DNA from: Gonapodya sp. JEL0774
Lineage: Eukaryota
Direction of reading: 5' to 3'
Assembly: GCA_027604505.1 (NCBI GenBank)
Contig: JADIIX010000072.1
Location: 62,001 to 110,729, forward strand
Length of the DNA stretch: 48,729 nt
Position 1 is the stretch's first letter. Each line of letters begins with the position of its first letter. Below are positions 11,502 to 24,356 of the stretch, in pieces. The notes under the pieces were generated by a model. It saw only the letters and a program-made list of their open reading frames with translations, made no database searches and was not told where the DNA came from. The position numbers and the translations under genes are program-made.

Positions 11502-11998
11502 TACCAACCACTAAACAAAGTACACACACCAATCATCGCTGGACGATGCAAATCTCGTACATGTAGTATTGTCATGTTGTTCATGTATCCTCATTGTCTT
11601 GCACTATGCTTCGCATTTAGATACATATTGTACAGTTAGCTGCTCCGCTTGACGCGGCGTCAATCACAATGAATTGGTTCCTGAAATGCATCCCCAGTAC
11701 CGCGGTCTTTCTGGTTCAATTTTTGTGAACAATATCTCGCCTTCTTGAAACACACCGTCGAAATTGATCCCGATCCAAGAGTACATACAACAACCACCGC
11801 TGGACAGTGCAATGCAATATCTGTCACATTGTTCATGTATCCTCATTGGCTGGCACTATGCTTTGCATTTAGATACATACTGTACAAGTAGGCGGCATCG
11901 CTTACTTGGTGGCGGTTAGGTGAAAAAGGAATGCCTCTTAACTACAGCCCGTCTTCGAAGCGTCATCACTCGTTTGCATCTCCAGTGCCGCGGTCCCT
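11421..11998 (+). repeat. Degenerate direct tandem duplication (~290-bp unit) of the GH26 last exon end and 3' flank
   Basis: Copy 1 (~11421-11710) and copy 2 (~11724-11998) share blocks in the same order: TGAAC-ATATCTCGCCTTCT, ATTGATCCCGA, CGCTGGAC, TTGTTCATGTATCCTCATTG, GCACTATGCTT-GCATTTAGATACATA-TGTACA, TGCATC-CCAGT-CCGCGGTC. Confidence 0.85.
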
Positions 11999-12233
11999 CC
12001 TTAAATACTTGTTGTGCTTGAAAATTTAAATCACAACAGGATCAAAAATGCTCAGTCCTCATTCAAAAACCAATGCTTGGATGCAAATACAGAGTTCGAA
12101 GCAAATGAAATCGAGATTGCCACCGCCGATTCCCAGGACCGGTATAGACTTCCGATTACAGCGAATCGAATGGAAGGCAAAAGCTTTCTGCAAATCCGTG
12201 CTGCCGCTCCAGCTTCTGCAGGTGCTGACACTA

Positions 12234-13887
12234 TCACGAGATCAGTCCCAGGTTCGCATTGCGCCCTAACGGTCCGAGTTCCACAGCAGCAACGCAGCCT
12301 CTGCCCGCGCTCAGGTGATCAGCTGCTTCCGCGCATGCGCCAACCACATATACTGAGCTTCCATCCAGTGATGTAGAAAAAGAGTTGGCGTAGGCCATGT
12401 GATTTGGGGATAGCCGAAGGAGGGCAATGAGGGTGAGAGAGGAAGTGAGGTGAGTGGAGACTGCGGAAGTGGAGGAAGTAACGGGGGTAGAGACCGAGGA
12501 AGTGGAGGAAGTGAGGGAGGTTAAGTCCGAAGAATTGAACCGTTTAGAGGCAGAGGAAATGACGGCTGAAGATGTGGTGCGAGTTGGGGTAGGGGAGGAG
12601 GATTGTAGCGATGATGTGGACAGGGTTGAAGTGTTCGGTGCAAAAGAGACAATTCGGGTGGTGTTTCCAGGGTGAAACACCAGAACGTTTTCGTTGTTGA
12701 CAAGTGAGACAAGAATGTGGTCGGTCACTCGATTTGTGCGAAGGCTGGTGGAACGAGACATGGTGAGCCAACCCCCGAGAGTTCAACGACGAAAGACTGC
12801 CAACTTCACTCCAGGTGCAGTGCACCTGCGGTGTACCTCGTGCAACTACTCACGCGGCGAAATCAAAAGGGGAAGAAAGGAACGAGCCATAGAAGTCACT
12901 TCGTAGATCCGCGACAAGAGTTTTAGCACCAAGGATGCCCTGTCCAAGAATCGGAAATCTCCAAATGTATTTTGCAGTGTTGGTAGATTCAGCGATGTAG
13001 AGGATTGTACCGTCCGAGTTGAGGGAGAGGCCCGATACACGACCCAACGACATGAGTAGAGTAGCGTTAGGCACGGACGTGACGTTGATGACATCCTGAG
13101 GCATCAGCGAAAGCGAGAATGGGGAAATATAGAAAATACTGCTTGAAATTTCGAGACCGGTGCCTGTGGACGGAGCACCAGCACCCCCTGACGCAAAGAA
13201 ACCACCGTATCGGTCCAGCGATGTAAGCTCGTCAGGTGTGTTGGTTTTGTTCGTGGGAAGAGTCACACTGAACAGACGCACGAAATTTTGCGTACTGTTG
13301 GCTGCGTTTGCGCCGTACGGATCCAACAGATCGATCCGGGCGTTGTTGAAATCTGCCAAAGCCAGAAGCGGTCGCTGCTGCGGTTGTTTTGTAAAATCAG
13401 CATAAAGAGGAGCTGACAGCCAGCGAGATGCAATATATTGCGCGGTGTCTGGACCTCTGAACGCAACGTATTGCCGGAAAGATGAGGAATTGCTGAAAGT
13501 GAGTGGTCCAGTTGGTGTTATCGCAACCACGGTGTTGTCAGAAACACAGGCCTTAGTTACATCGGTAAGCGGTATATCGATGAAGATTGAGTGAGAATAT
13601 TGTGCGAAAAGGTCATTCGGGATGGTTGGGGTTCGTTAGATGCCTTCTAATCGACAAAGCCACATACAACTCACAAAAGCGGTGTTATCAGGGCCGACAG
13701 AAACACCATCAAGAAAAACGTCTAGCTGAGATTGATTCCAGCTTACGATTGGACGAGTACGCAGTGTTGAGAGACGGGCGAGATCAGGTGCTGCGAGCAA
13801 AGACTGGGACACTTGTGCATCACTCGGAAGCACTAGCGCAACCAAGCATAGTCCGCAAAATAGTACGAGAGTTATCGAGCCAGTCAT
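12234..13887 (-). CDS. Secreted protein, probable beta-propeller (SMP-30/gluconolactonase-like), with a Ser/Thr-rich insert
   Basis: Signal-peptide-like start MTGSITLVLFCGLCLVALVLPSDAQ. Three exons joined by GTGAGT...AG introns keep the frame. Blade-like motifs: LDGVSVGPDNTAF, LALADFNNARIDLLD, PDELTSLD, SGLSLNSDGTILYIAES, IWRFPI, STSLDGSSVYVVG. Many N-x-S/T sequons. Confidence 0.65.
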
Positions 13888-14473
13888 ACAGAAGTGTGCG
13901 GGTTGTGTGTGGTCAGTCGAACTCATTCCCCACAAAATGGGTTGAAGTGAACTGCTCACAACCTGTCCAGTCCGGCCCCGCGGGAAACTGGACCAACTGA
14001 AACTTTATAGAATTAATAAATTAATTAACTTAATAAAATTAGATGCTCAGCATTATTGGTGATGTCTGAATTACAAAATCTCAAAATCCAATGCCACAAT
14101 ATCTTTCCCGTCTTTCCAATCAATCTCGACGGGTTCCATCCTTTTCCGACCATTTTCACATTCTCTGTTTCATCCACTCACTTCCACTACCCGTACTCCC
14201 GCTCCCTTAGTTGTTCATTGTGTTGATTTGTGATGAACATTGGGCCTTCACCAACCCACCGCAAATATATGCGGCACGCCCGCAATTGATTCTCAAGGAG
14301 CACACGTCAAGATCGACCAGCTGGGACAGGAGAACAATAACGTCGAACTTGCTGCTACAATCCCCTGGTTTTGGACTTCCTGGCGCGCGTTGAACAGCGT
14401 TTGCAAAAGGGATCTTGAGTATTGCAAGGACTTGTTAAATCACCGTGGTGGATCAGCAAGTCTGAGCGCGTCA

Positions 14474-17400
14474 ATGCCATCCATGTTGGATTTGGGGTCA
14501 TTCAACTCAGAAATGGGGGGAGATGTAGGAGTTTCAAAGTTGGAACCAGGACAAAGGCCGGATGCTCGCCAAATGGAAAAAGGTCGTGCAGCTGAGGCAC
14601 TCGCTCTTGTGAAAGCTGTACGTGCTGGCAGGACTAGAAACATGGATGGACTCAGTACGCTAGCGGAAGGAGGAGAACACGGCCAACAGCTGAGGCAAAC
14701 CATACAGCCTGCTCAAGTTCTGCAAAGTACAAACGGCCTGCGCGAATCGCACCATTCGCCACAAAGCCACTCTCCTTTCGGAAAGCAGGATGGTCTGGGT
14801 GCGGGAGACGCGAACTCTCACCCTTCGGCGGTTGGTCTCGGTGGGTTTTCTTCGGGAGATCGCAGGCAGCACCTCATCTCGCTGGACTCTGCTCGCCAGC
14901 ACAGTCGCAATTCCTCCCAAAATTCATATATGTCTTCTCGCAACAAGCCTCGACCCTCCGCCGACTTCTCGCCATTCCCACCTCCCACGCTATCACCCGC
15001 AAACTTGTCAGTAGACCTCTCCTTCTTCATGAACTCCACATCTTCCTTGCCTCACAACATCACGATCTCCCCCATATCTCCTGTTGCACCGTCTCCTTTT
15101 GATCTGTCTCAGTGGGGGGAATTGGTTGATCTCGCGTCATCAGCTTCCTCCCTGCCCGCCCATCTGCCGCTTGAATTTGGCGGGTTCGATGGGAATAGGT
15201 CACACTCAAGGTCACCGTCCGCCTCTTCGTTTAGAAATCACAACACACATTCGGCTACCACCCACATCCACGTCACTACTCACACACCGCTATCAACTCG
15301 GTCGACCACGGCCACTAAACCCTCAGTTGAGGGGAATTTCGCTGACGAGACGAACGATTGGTACACTATTGCCCACCAGCAAGGAAAACAGCAGCACAAG
15401 AACAATGAAAAGAACGAGGAGGAGGATGAGGATCCGACGGACCGATTGCTCAACGATCTGGACTCGCATATTCGACGAGAAAGTGGAATCGACTTCGGGG
15501 GGCGATGTGACCCGCGAGAGGGTTAGTGCATCACACATCTCCTAAGTTGCAAGCCCCAGTAACGATTGTGATCCTCTCGAACCGTTTAGACTGCGGGTCC
15601 CCGGATCACCATCTTCAAGACGTTCGAAAAGGAAACATCGAAGACGAAGATGAAGAACGAGTGCGAATGGAGGTGAGGAGGCGAATCAATGTTCGGAAGA
15701 GTCCGGCGTTCGGGAGAGTTGGGCTCAGGTGCACAGAAGGAAGCAGTGGTGTTTGGGCCACTTTCGTGTTTCTGCCTTGTATGGCTAGCAATGGTGATTC
15801 GTGAACCGTCAAACGATTCAAAATTCCTTACGTTTTGAAATTTCTCGCCCTGTTCTGCCTGAATGCTCCTCACGTTCCTCCCACCCACCCAAATCCGTGA
15901 GAAAGCTCGATCGCGAACTCGCCTCCCTCTCTCATCCGTTTACTTCCTCTGCACCTCATGAAAACGACAACGCCAATGGACGATCTTGCTCTCGGTCCTC
16001 CCGTTTCAGATCTCGATCTCAGTCTGCAGAGGGTTCAGCGTCCGGATCGTCCACAAATCCTCCAAGACAGTCAGATGCTCATCGGGCCACTCCCGCCTCC
16101 ACTACCTTTTCCCAGACCCATCATACTCGCGTCGCGTCTCACCCTACTACCCTTTCGTCTGCACCGCTAGAGCCGCCTGCAACCGGGGAACAGCTTCAAG
16201 CATCACAACGTTCCAGCTCGGCAGACAATCTTGCACAAGAACCAGAAAAGGTTTTCTCATCGCCCCCGTCTCAAACGTCCAGTACATCTCATCGGCCCCC
16301 TTTTGTACAGCTCCCTGTTCCTGCTTCCACAACCTCTGCACTGTTCCGGTCCCCATCGCACCACATGTCTTCCACTGCGTCCTCGCCAGTCATAATCAAT
16401 TCTGCAAACAACTCAATTACTCGCTCTGCTCTATCCAACTCTCTTAGCTCGGCGTCTGTGGGAGTTGCGCCGTCCGTTGGTAATTTGCCCGCTCGGGTAC
16501 TGGATAGAGACTCCAGACAAAAGAATACTGGCTCATCAAGCTCTTTAGAGAGGATTGAAGATCCGGACCCGAGAACTTTGAAACCGCCGTTAGATGCGGC
16601 GAAGCGGCAGATATCTGGACGAAAAGTTGGCGAGTCGTCGGGGGGAAGAACGATTGCAATTGCACACGCGAGACCGCCAACAAAGGATACTAGAGATGAT
16701 TCAGCGGTGTGGTTGTCGCAAAAGAGCGTTGAGTTTTCCCCCCAGGCACAACTCGCGTGGAATCATGTTGAACCGAATGCCGCTGAAGGCTCGTGGCCGA
16801 TTCAACGACAACCCTCTACATTATCCGACGCCGCGTACCACATCTCACGCCTGACAGCGCCGTCTTCCAGTCCCCCCCTCGCGCCTGCGGTTGTTCCCGT
16901 CTTAAATCTGAGGTCCGCCCCAGGTCCGTTCAGCCCATCGGCATCTGAACTCAGTCTTATGTCTATTGCCAGCTCTCTTTTGCCTCCCAAACGGCCGTCC
17001 ATCATAAATGTCATAGGCGAAAGTGACACCGCGCATAGACAAGTGGTGCCCGACACTCCAACGCTGACAAAGTTGCTAACCGAAGGAGACTACGCTGGTG
17101 TGGAAGCTGTGCTGGGAAGGGACAAGGGATCGAAAGGTCGAGGTGAAAGAAGAGAATGGGAGAAAGAGGAAAGGGGAAGGGAGTCTAGAGGGAGATTCAG
17201 GGAGTTGCCCGAAGATGGGGAGGGCAAAGGTGAAAACGGCCACGCAAATTTTCTCAACCTTCCCCGCTTCCAAACCGTAATCTAATTACATTGTTTCACA
17301 CTGCACAGCAATTCTAGCGCATCTCCGTCTCCTCCGACGCCGTCTTCGATCACTGAGCCAACACAGCCAGCAGCTCTCCACCTCACTCCTCGCATCGCAG

Positions 17401-19809
17401 CACTCGTTGGCGACCGAACGCGCCCGTGCCGATGCGCTGGCAAGAGACTTGGCGGATGCGAGAGCAGAGGTGGGAAGAGAAAGGGTGAGGAGAGGTGAGG
17501 AGAAGGGAGAATCGGAGAGGGTGATTGGAGAGAAGGAGGTGGAGGTGAGAAGGTTGAGAAAGGAAGCGGAGGAAGCTAGAAATCTGGTGAAGGAGGAAAG
17601 AGAGACTAAAAGGAGGAGACGGGATGAGTTGGTAGAGAAGGGCGTTCAGGTTGGAGGACGGAGTGGCGGTGTTGAAGTAAGGGAGCAGTGGGTAAAAGAA
17701 CGGCAAGGTGTGTGAACGTGTTCCCTTTGGAAACAAGAGAGCCAGAACTCTGCATTTTGTGTTCCTGACCTAATCCTATTCGTGGCTCCGTTAACTCATT
17801 ACAAACATTGCAGCACTAACTCACCGTATCAGGGTGCTGGAATCGGAACTCTCCCTCGCGCATGAAGCGGCTCGAGGTGCCCGCCTCCACCGCAGCGCCA
17901 CTCCTGAATCGGAGCGACCCAGACGCTCACGTGATCATGGTCCTCTGTCGTCGCCCACGCGAGACAGGAACTTCGGTCGCGATACACCGGACGGACGTGA
18001 CGCACAGATAGGGAAATCTGGTATGGAAGATCTTGAAGCAGTTAGGATCTTCAACAGCAAGCAGCTGCATCAGACCAGAAATGATAGGCCCCACAGGAGG
18101 TCGGCCTATCAATCTGAGGATACCGAATGGGCACACGAGGACAGCGATACCGAAGATGGAACAGGAGCAGATAGTGATATTGAACGTGGTAGAGAGGTTC
18201 GACGGAGAGTGAGGAACGCCGTAAGTTTAAAATGATCACGGCGAATCAATGATTTCAGGTGTTGCACTTTTCCTGACATTAGTTGCTCCAGATCGAAAAC
18301 AATCCACGACTGCAGGCAATACTCTTTCGAAGAAGGTCTCCTAAGCAAGAAAAGAAGCGGGCAGCTATGTCTGACACGGTGAGCGAAGTTTACCACATGC
18401 CCGGACGTGTTCTGCTTTTGAGAATGGTTCAATGTATTCGTCTTGGTTTCGTCTTGGTTGTAATCATCAGTCGGCAGCACCAGAATCCACACGATCCGAA
18501 CCATCTTGGGTTCGAATTGATCCCTCAAGTCCTCGAAAAAGACCTGGTTCTGTTACTACGAGAGACCGGAGTGCCAGTAGGCTCCGGAGGGCAGTTTCAG
18601 GGGTTGTCGGAATAGGCGATTTAGAATCCTCTGTGGCGAGGAAGCTACCTTTCATTATGGGGACGGTGAGTGAGGAGGAGTTGTGAATGGGGTTTTGTTT
18701 AACCTGATGAGCTAGAGCTTGGACATTCTTTTGTGGATTCAAAAGAACACAGGGCGTTCCCACTCCGTAACTGCGAATCTACAGCAGATCTTTGGTGAGT
18801 CTTCGCGAGTCGAATATAGTTATAAGCCTTCTCTGAAACAATTCTGGCCCGGATACGTACAGCAATGCTGAAGTCCCACAATCCGGTGCTTTGTACTATC
18901 TGTTCATCCCGCCCTCGTCCCACCACGCGACGTCGAGAGGAGGCAACATCGCCGATGGAGTTAGGACATGACGTAAAGATGCCAGTTGATCCAAGGCTAA
19001 CCGATATCCGGGTGGCGGATGTCGGAAGGCACTGGCCTGAGTTGAAAAATGCGGCTACGTCTCTTGAAGGTGAAGTAGAGGGCTTGAGAAGGTGAGGTGG
19101 GGAGTTCCCGAAATATTGGATTCTCGGAAGCCAGAGAACACAGTGTTTCTTGTCTGTGTAGGCAATACTTGGACATTACAGCCCAACATGCTCAGTTGGC
19201 ATCTGTGAGAAATCTGAACGGAAATAAAAGCACTCAGGTTCAGAGGGCAATTGCAAGGCTGGAGCGGGAGTTGAAGGATATTGCTGACGGCATTGAGATC
19301 AAGGTTCGTGTAATTGCACTCTTTCAATCACCTCTCACCGACCGTGAAGCTGATTCGAGCCGTTCTTGCACCCTCGATTTGCTCAGAAAGAGCAAATATC
19401 GCTCATTTATGAAATTCTTGAACAGTCTGTGGATCACGAACGATCTTCTCGCCGGATCCCCACTGATAGGAACACCAATTCTGTTGTTGGTTCCAGCCAA
19501 GGCCATCCAACATCGTCAGCACGCCTTCGCGAGCCTCCCCATCCACGATATGCTCCGTCAGTCAGATCGACGGTTTCAGCTCCGGCTTCTCTCAGATCTC
19601 GATCACAACCTGCGTCCAGTTCTCGCCCTTCCGCATCCAACAAAGCGAAACGAATGGGCAAAAGTGAACTTGGTGTTGTTGGTGGCATGGTCGGAAGAAA
19701 GAGAGTCCTTCCGACTACCAAAGTTGTCAACGCGTCTCCTTTATCGCTCTTAAGAGGTGCGAAGGCTGTTCAGGAAGGGCTGAGGGCGGACTCTTTCCTT
19801 GAAAGCTAA
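14474..19809 (+). CDS. CEP57: CEP57/translokin-like centrosomal protein with a long disordered N-terminus (start uncertain; frame open from 14240)
   Basis: Three spliced segments match the human CEP57 sequence as I recall it. AILAHLRLLRRRLRSL opens a coiled coil (cf. AIFSALKNLQDKIRRL). LPFIMGT|NTGRSHSVTANLQQIF|AMLKSHNPVLC matches MPFVAGKSTSPSHAVVANVQLVLHLMKQHSKALC. A microtubule-binding-type helix ELKNAATSLEGEVEGLRR|QYLDI...LERELKDIADGIEIK|KEQI and the C-terminal LSLLRGAKAVQEGL follow. Confidence 0.75.
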
Positions 19810-20025
19810 CAAAAGGAATTTTTTGGGGTTGATTCCGTATAATTTCTCTGTAGTGTTCAAGTGTCTTCTTTCACACTGGCTTATTAATTATATTTAATAA
19901 TGTGTTCAATTAAGGAATCACCACAACTGCCCCAACAAAGGGAACTCTTGGTCATAAATCTTCGAGTGGAAAATTGTTCTGCAAGACGGGTATGATCTTC
20001 TTGTGTTGGAGCTCTTCTGCTATGC

Positions 20026-23000
20026 CTAACGGCCCCGCCCGCGCCCACGACCTCGGCCTTTCGACTTTTTCCGACTTCTCGCCATTTGAATCGGCGGAAC
20101 CACACCATCTTCCCGATCCGCACTTATGTCGGATTGAGAGTCCATCTCTAACTTTGAAGAACCCCTTTTTCGTTTCATTTCACGTTCAATGTGGAATAGG
20201 GACTCCTCTTTCCTGGATGGTCGGTCGCTGTCATTTCCTCTATCCACCTCCCCCTGACTGTCCAGATGATCTCCAACTAGCACAGGCCCTCGCTTCCTTT
20301 TGGACCTCATCATCACACTCGAGCGCCCAATGCCACTAGGGCTGCTCGCTGTCACGGCTTGATCGGCAACTTTGCGGCCACTCACGGTCCGCCGGGGTAA
20401 GAAGCCCATACGCTCATCCTGGACAGTATCTAACCCTTCTGGTCGCTCATCGTGCTCGTCCGACTTCATCACCGCGGCATTTCGAGAATGTCCGGAAACG
20501 CGAGAACTGTTGTCTTCCCGGGCAGAGCTTTTGGAGGGGAGTTTGCTGGGCGAGGCATTCCTATTGATGGAATGCTTGAAGGTGCTCGTGTGGTATGTGA
20601 TTATGGCCCGCATCTGGAAGGGCACGATGCGGACATCGTACTCAATGCCTGGGAGAATCAGTTTCAAATTACTTCTGTCAAACGTTTTCCAATATCGGAG
20701 AGAAAATGGACACACTCACCACTTCTCTGGGCTTGTCCCCTCGTTAACCTACCATTTGCTGTTGGGGCGGTCCGGCTGCTTGATGCTTTCTCATCTTCCA
20801 TTTCAGTCGCATACCGTTGTTGGCGTGACCCCAACCCCTTCTTTAGAACTCTCCCTCTTCGAAGATTGGTTGAGCCGTCTGTTAATTCGCTGTCAGCTCT
20901 CCCACTGGACTCATACACTACACGCGTGCGGCGACTTCGCGGTAAAGTACTTCGCTGCACCACTGTTGAGCGCCTCTGTTCCTCGCTATCTAGCTCCTCC
21001 GTTGTATCTTCGGTGTCAGTGCTCTTCTTGCTGTCATCGCTATCACCGCTGTCATCCTCCTCATCATCACCACCATCCTCGTCGTCGTCATCAGAATGGG
21101 ACGTCCATCGAATCTTACTTTCAACATCTTTGTTAGGCCTGTATTCTTTTTCCTCGTCCGTTTCTTCGACACTCTTCCCCTTTCCCTTCCCTCTTGTGTT
21201 TCTCTGTACCGCTGCCCTCCTTTCCGCCATGAGTGCTCTTCTTTCAGCCCTCACTTTCTCCTTTTGCTCTTCCTCCTCGATCCGCAGTCGCTCAATTTCT
21301 CGCAACGCGTCTCTCTCGGCGAGTCGGCGTAAGGTAGATGATGGAGGCGGTCGAGTGCGCGCGGCGTCGGCTTCGGAATCAATGACTTCAAATTTCTCGG
21401 CAGAAACTCGAGCAGTGTCCTTGGCGGGGTTCATATGCGCGTCTTCCTCAATAGCCGCAGAGGCCTTTACATCAGCGCTCAGCTGGGGTAATTCAATTCC
21501 CGTCGTCGGCCTCGTGGGCTTTGGTAAAACTGGAGATTCTGCAATCTCCATTGCCTCGCTGGCAGCCACAGCTCGGTCATTACCCAGAACACGTCCAGGT
21601 ACCTTGCCACGAATGTGCCCCCTCTTTTCACCCCCAAATGTACCATACAACAGCGAAAATTCTGCTGGAGATTCGGGCGAACGCTTGGAAGCAGCGCCTG
21701 CCGCATCAATCTCTGGTTCTGATGACGACACTCTGTGCTCATCGAATCCATCACTGTTTTCCGCTACATCATTTGTGCTTGTTTCCGCATCACTCTCCTT
21801 TCTGGGCGTCGTGCCAACACTTCTTGCCTGACCCCTTCCACGTCCCCGTCCTCTCCCACGAGGAGTTAATTTCACGAGATTGGAAGGTAAGGTCGATGCT
21901 TCATACTGAGGAGGGGCAGATGGGAATACGACAGAGACAGGCTGAGATGGTGACAATGGTGGAGACGGGGGCCCGATAATGGGGCTTGAAGACCGGCCAG
22001 AATTAGAATTAGCGGATAGAGTTTCGTCCGCGTCGCCATATGCGGAACTCCATCGAGTCGCAGCGACTTCATCTTGTCCACTATCTGCATCTCGTCCTCC
22101 GCGGCCTCGTCCCCGTCCCCGGCCTCGTGAGCGTCCACGAGAGGTACTATCAAGGAGTTTACCTTGTTCACTTGCCACTCGGCCAGCTCCTGCACGTGAC
22201 TGGCTCTTCTCTGCATTGACGCTCTGATCGCTGCGTTGCATGCTTTCAGTTTCAACACCGTCGCCTTCATTGACATTTTCTCTATCGTCCAATTCGTGAT
22301 CATCAATCCGGTCTCGGCGCGAGGTGGACAGCGGAGGTAGTTCAGTGTTCCCACCACCTCGACTTGTCCCTCTACCTCTTCCCCTACCTCGCCCTCTCCC
22401 CCTTCCTCTCCCTCGGCGACTGCTACCATTCACAATGTCACGGGCCACGGCGGGCGGACTATCCTTGTAAGCTACTTTGAGTTCAAGACCCATCGGTGAG
22501 CGCGAAGCTGATGTCTTTCTGCCGTAAACCCGTGGGGACTTAGGTAATTTTTCAGGTCCGAGTCGTAAAAAGTCCGGCGAAGGCTCACGAGAGCTCCCCA
22601 GCTGGATAGACGCAGTAGATGAAGCGAATCCGAGATTCGAAGCTATCCCGTTTTGATCCGCCTCCCTTCGTGTAGAATGCGAAGCAGTCGCCAATTGTTC
22701 TCCATCGTTATATTCATCATGTGTGCGAGCGTCCGTAAGGTGATTCACGTCTTCGAGCACTTTATCGAATTCCTCGTCCTCGTGTGATCTCAGTAACGGT
22801 CCAGGAGCCCCAGAGGAAGAAAGGAAGGCAGAAGTGGGGTTCGACTCGGAAGGTACGGGAGCTGGTAGCGGAGGCGAAGTGGAGCGTGCGAGCGCGAATG
22901 GAGATGATGATTTAGATGAAGGGGGCGGAGACACCGAGTGGGGTGGGTGACTTGATTGCCGCTCTTGCGCAGACGTAACGTCGCGAAAACTTTCATCACT

Positions 23001-24142
23001 GGTATCACCGTCGTCCGTGACATCTTTTAAAACATCACTCGAGGATTCTCCTATATCGTCCGAGCTCCGTGTGTGGACCTGTGCATCGTCCGGGAGCGAA
23101 GGTCTGGAATCTCCCAGCTGCTTGCCTCCGTTCTTTTGAACAGATTGTGAGGGGTCCCATTTAATCCCATCATCTCGGTCCATTTGAGTCACAGCGGCCG
23201 GTGCTTCGAGGTTATCAAAATGTTCACCGAGCCTATAGTCGCCTCCAGATTCCGTTCCGACGGCAGCGAATGATGCAGAATGTGCATCTGAGTCCTTTTC
23301 TGGGGCAACTTCATGAATCTCGGCGAAAAACACACCAGCTGATCCATGAGTCCCACGAGGGACTGCTGCTGTGGAGTTCGGCTCCAGGCCACTGGTCGAG
23401 TGCGTGCTGTCGGGGGACCACACCTCGCTTGGCTGAGAATCCACAACTGGGGGAGAAGATTCGTTAGTTGGCGGTACTTTACCCCTGGGAGGAGTTTGGG
23501 AAATGTCAGCGACCGAGTGCAAGGCGGACGTGGGAGGTGATCCAGGTGGTGGGATCAAAGATTCGGCGAGAGCGACGTCTGGTGAGAGAACCGCTGACTC
23601 CGTAGAGGGATCCATATCTTGGTCCTCTGTTAGCGGCTTCGGCATGCGTGCCAACACTTCCGGCGGGAGTGTTATCTTAAATTTGTGGTTCGCAACTGTG
23701 TGCCTTTGTGCGCATGGGTCGATTCGAACACAATTAGAGGGGAAATGTTAGCAGCGAGTAAAAAAGGATAGGAAGCACTTTCACGCGATTGGGGAAATAT
23801 CGCCTGAGTTTCCGTTGCGCATTCCTTTCGACTTCACTTGTGCAAATGGAACACCAGTCCACGACAACCTTTGCATTCTTACCGCCGAGCTCCCCTGTCG
23901 GTGTAAAAGTAAAGAACTCACCCATAACCGCGTTTTCGCGCCAGTGCCCGTTCCTGGTACTTGTCCGGGACTCCTGGTAATCGACTGCCACCGTCCTCGA
24001 CCTCGCTATTTGATGCTCCATTCGAAGAATCCTCCCTCGGTTTTCTTGTCTCATGTATCGGCGCATCCGAATCGGCTTCGAAAACTATCGAGCCACTCCC
24101 GTTGCTGTCGCAGGGGCCTTCCTCCTTGTCAGCTTTGAGCAT
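20026..24142 (-). CDS. Hypothetical large intrinsically disordered protein with several GRGRGR tracts, an acidic stretch and a short coiled coil
   Basis: A 997-aa open exon (20664-23657) is flanked by shorter ORFs with GTGAGT donors. No folded domain recognised. Terminal exon boundaries are uncertain. Confidence 0.65.
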
Positions 24143-24356
24143 ATCTTGGGAGCGCTCTTTGCCAGCTGATTACTCGTTTCCCGAGAGCTCCACATGCATG
24201 TACTCAAATCAGTGTGATCCGCCCCCCCACAACTCTGGGATCGGGGAGTTGTAGTGTGATTTTCACTGGATAGTTGTGACTTGATCTTGTCTCAAACATT
24301 TATGCACCACATTTTTGACGCACAGCATTATCATTGCTCAGTTTTCCCTTAGACAA

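Noticed and set aside
20452..21831. 459-aa plus-strand ORF
   Set aside because: Ser/Leu-rich antisense shadow of the 997-aa minus-strand exon.
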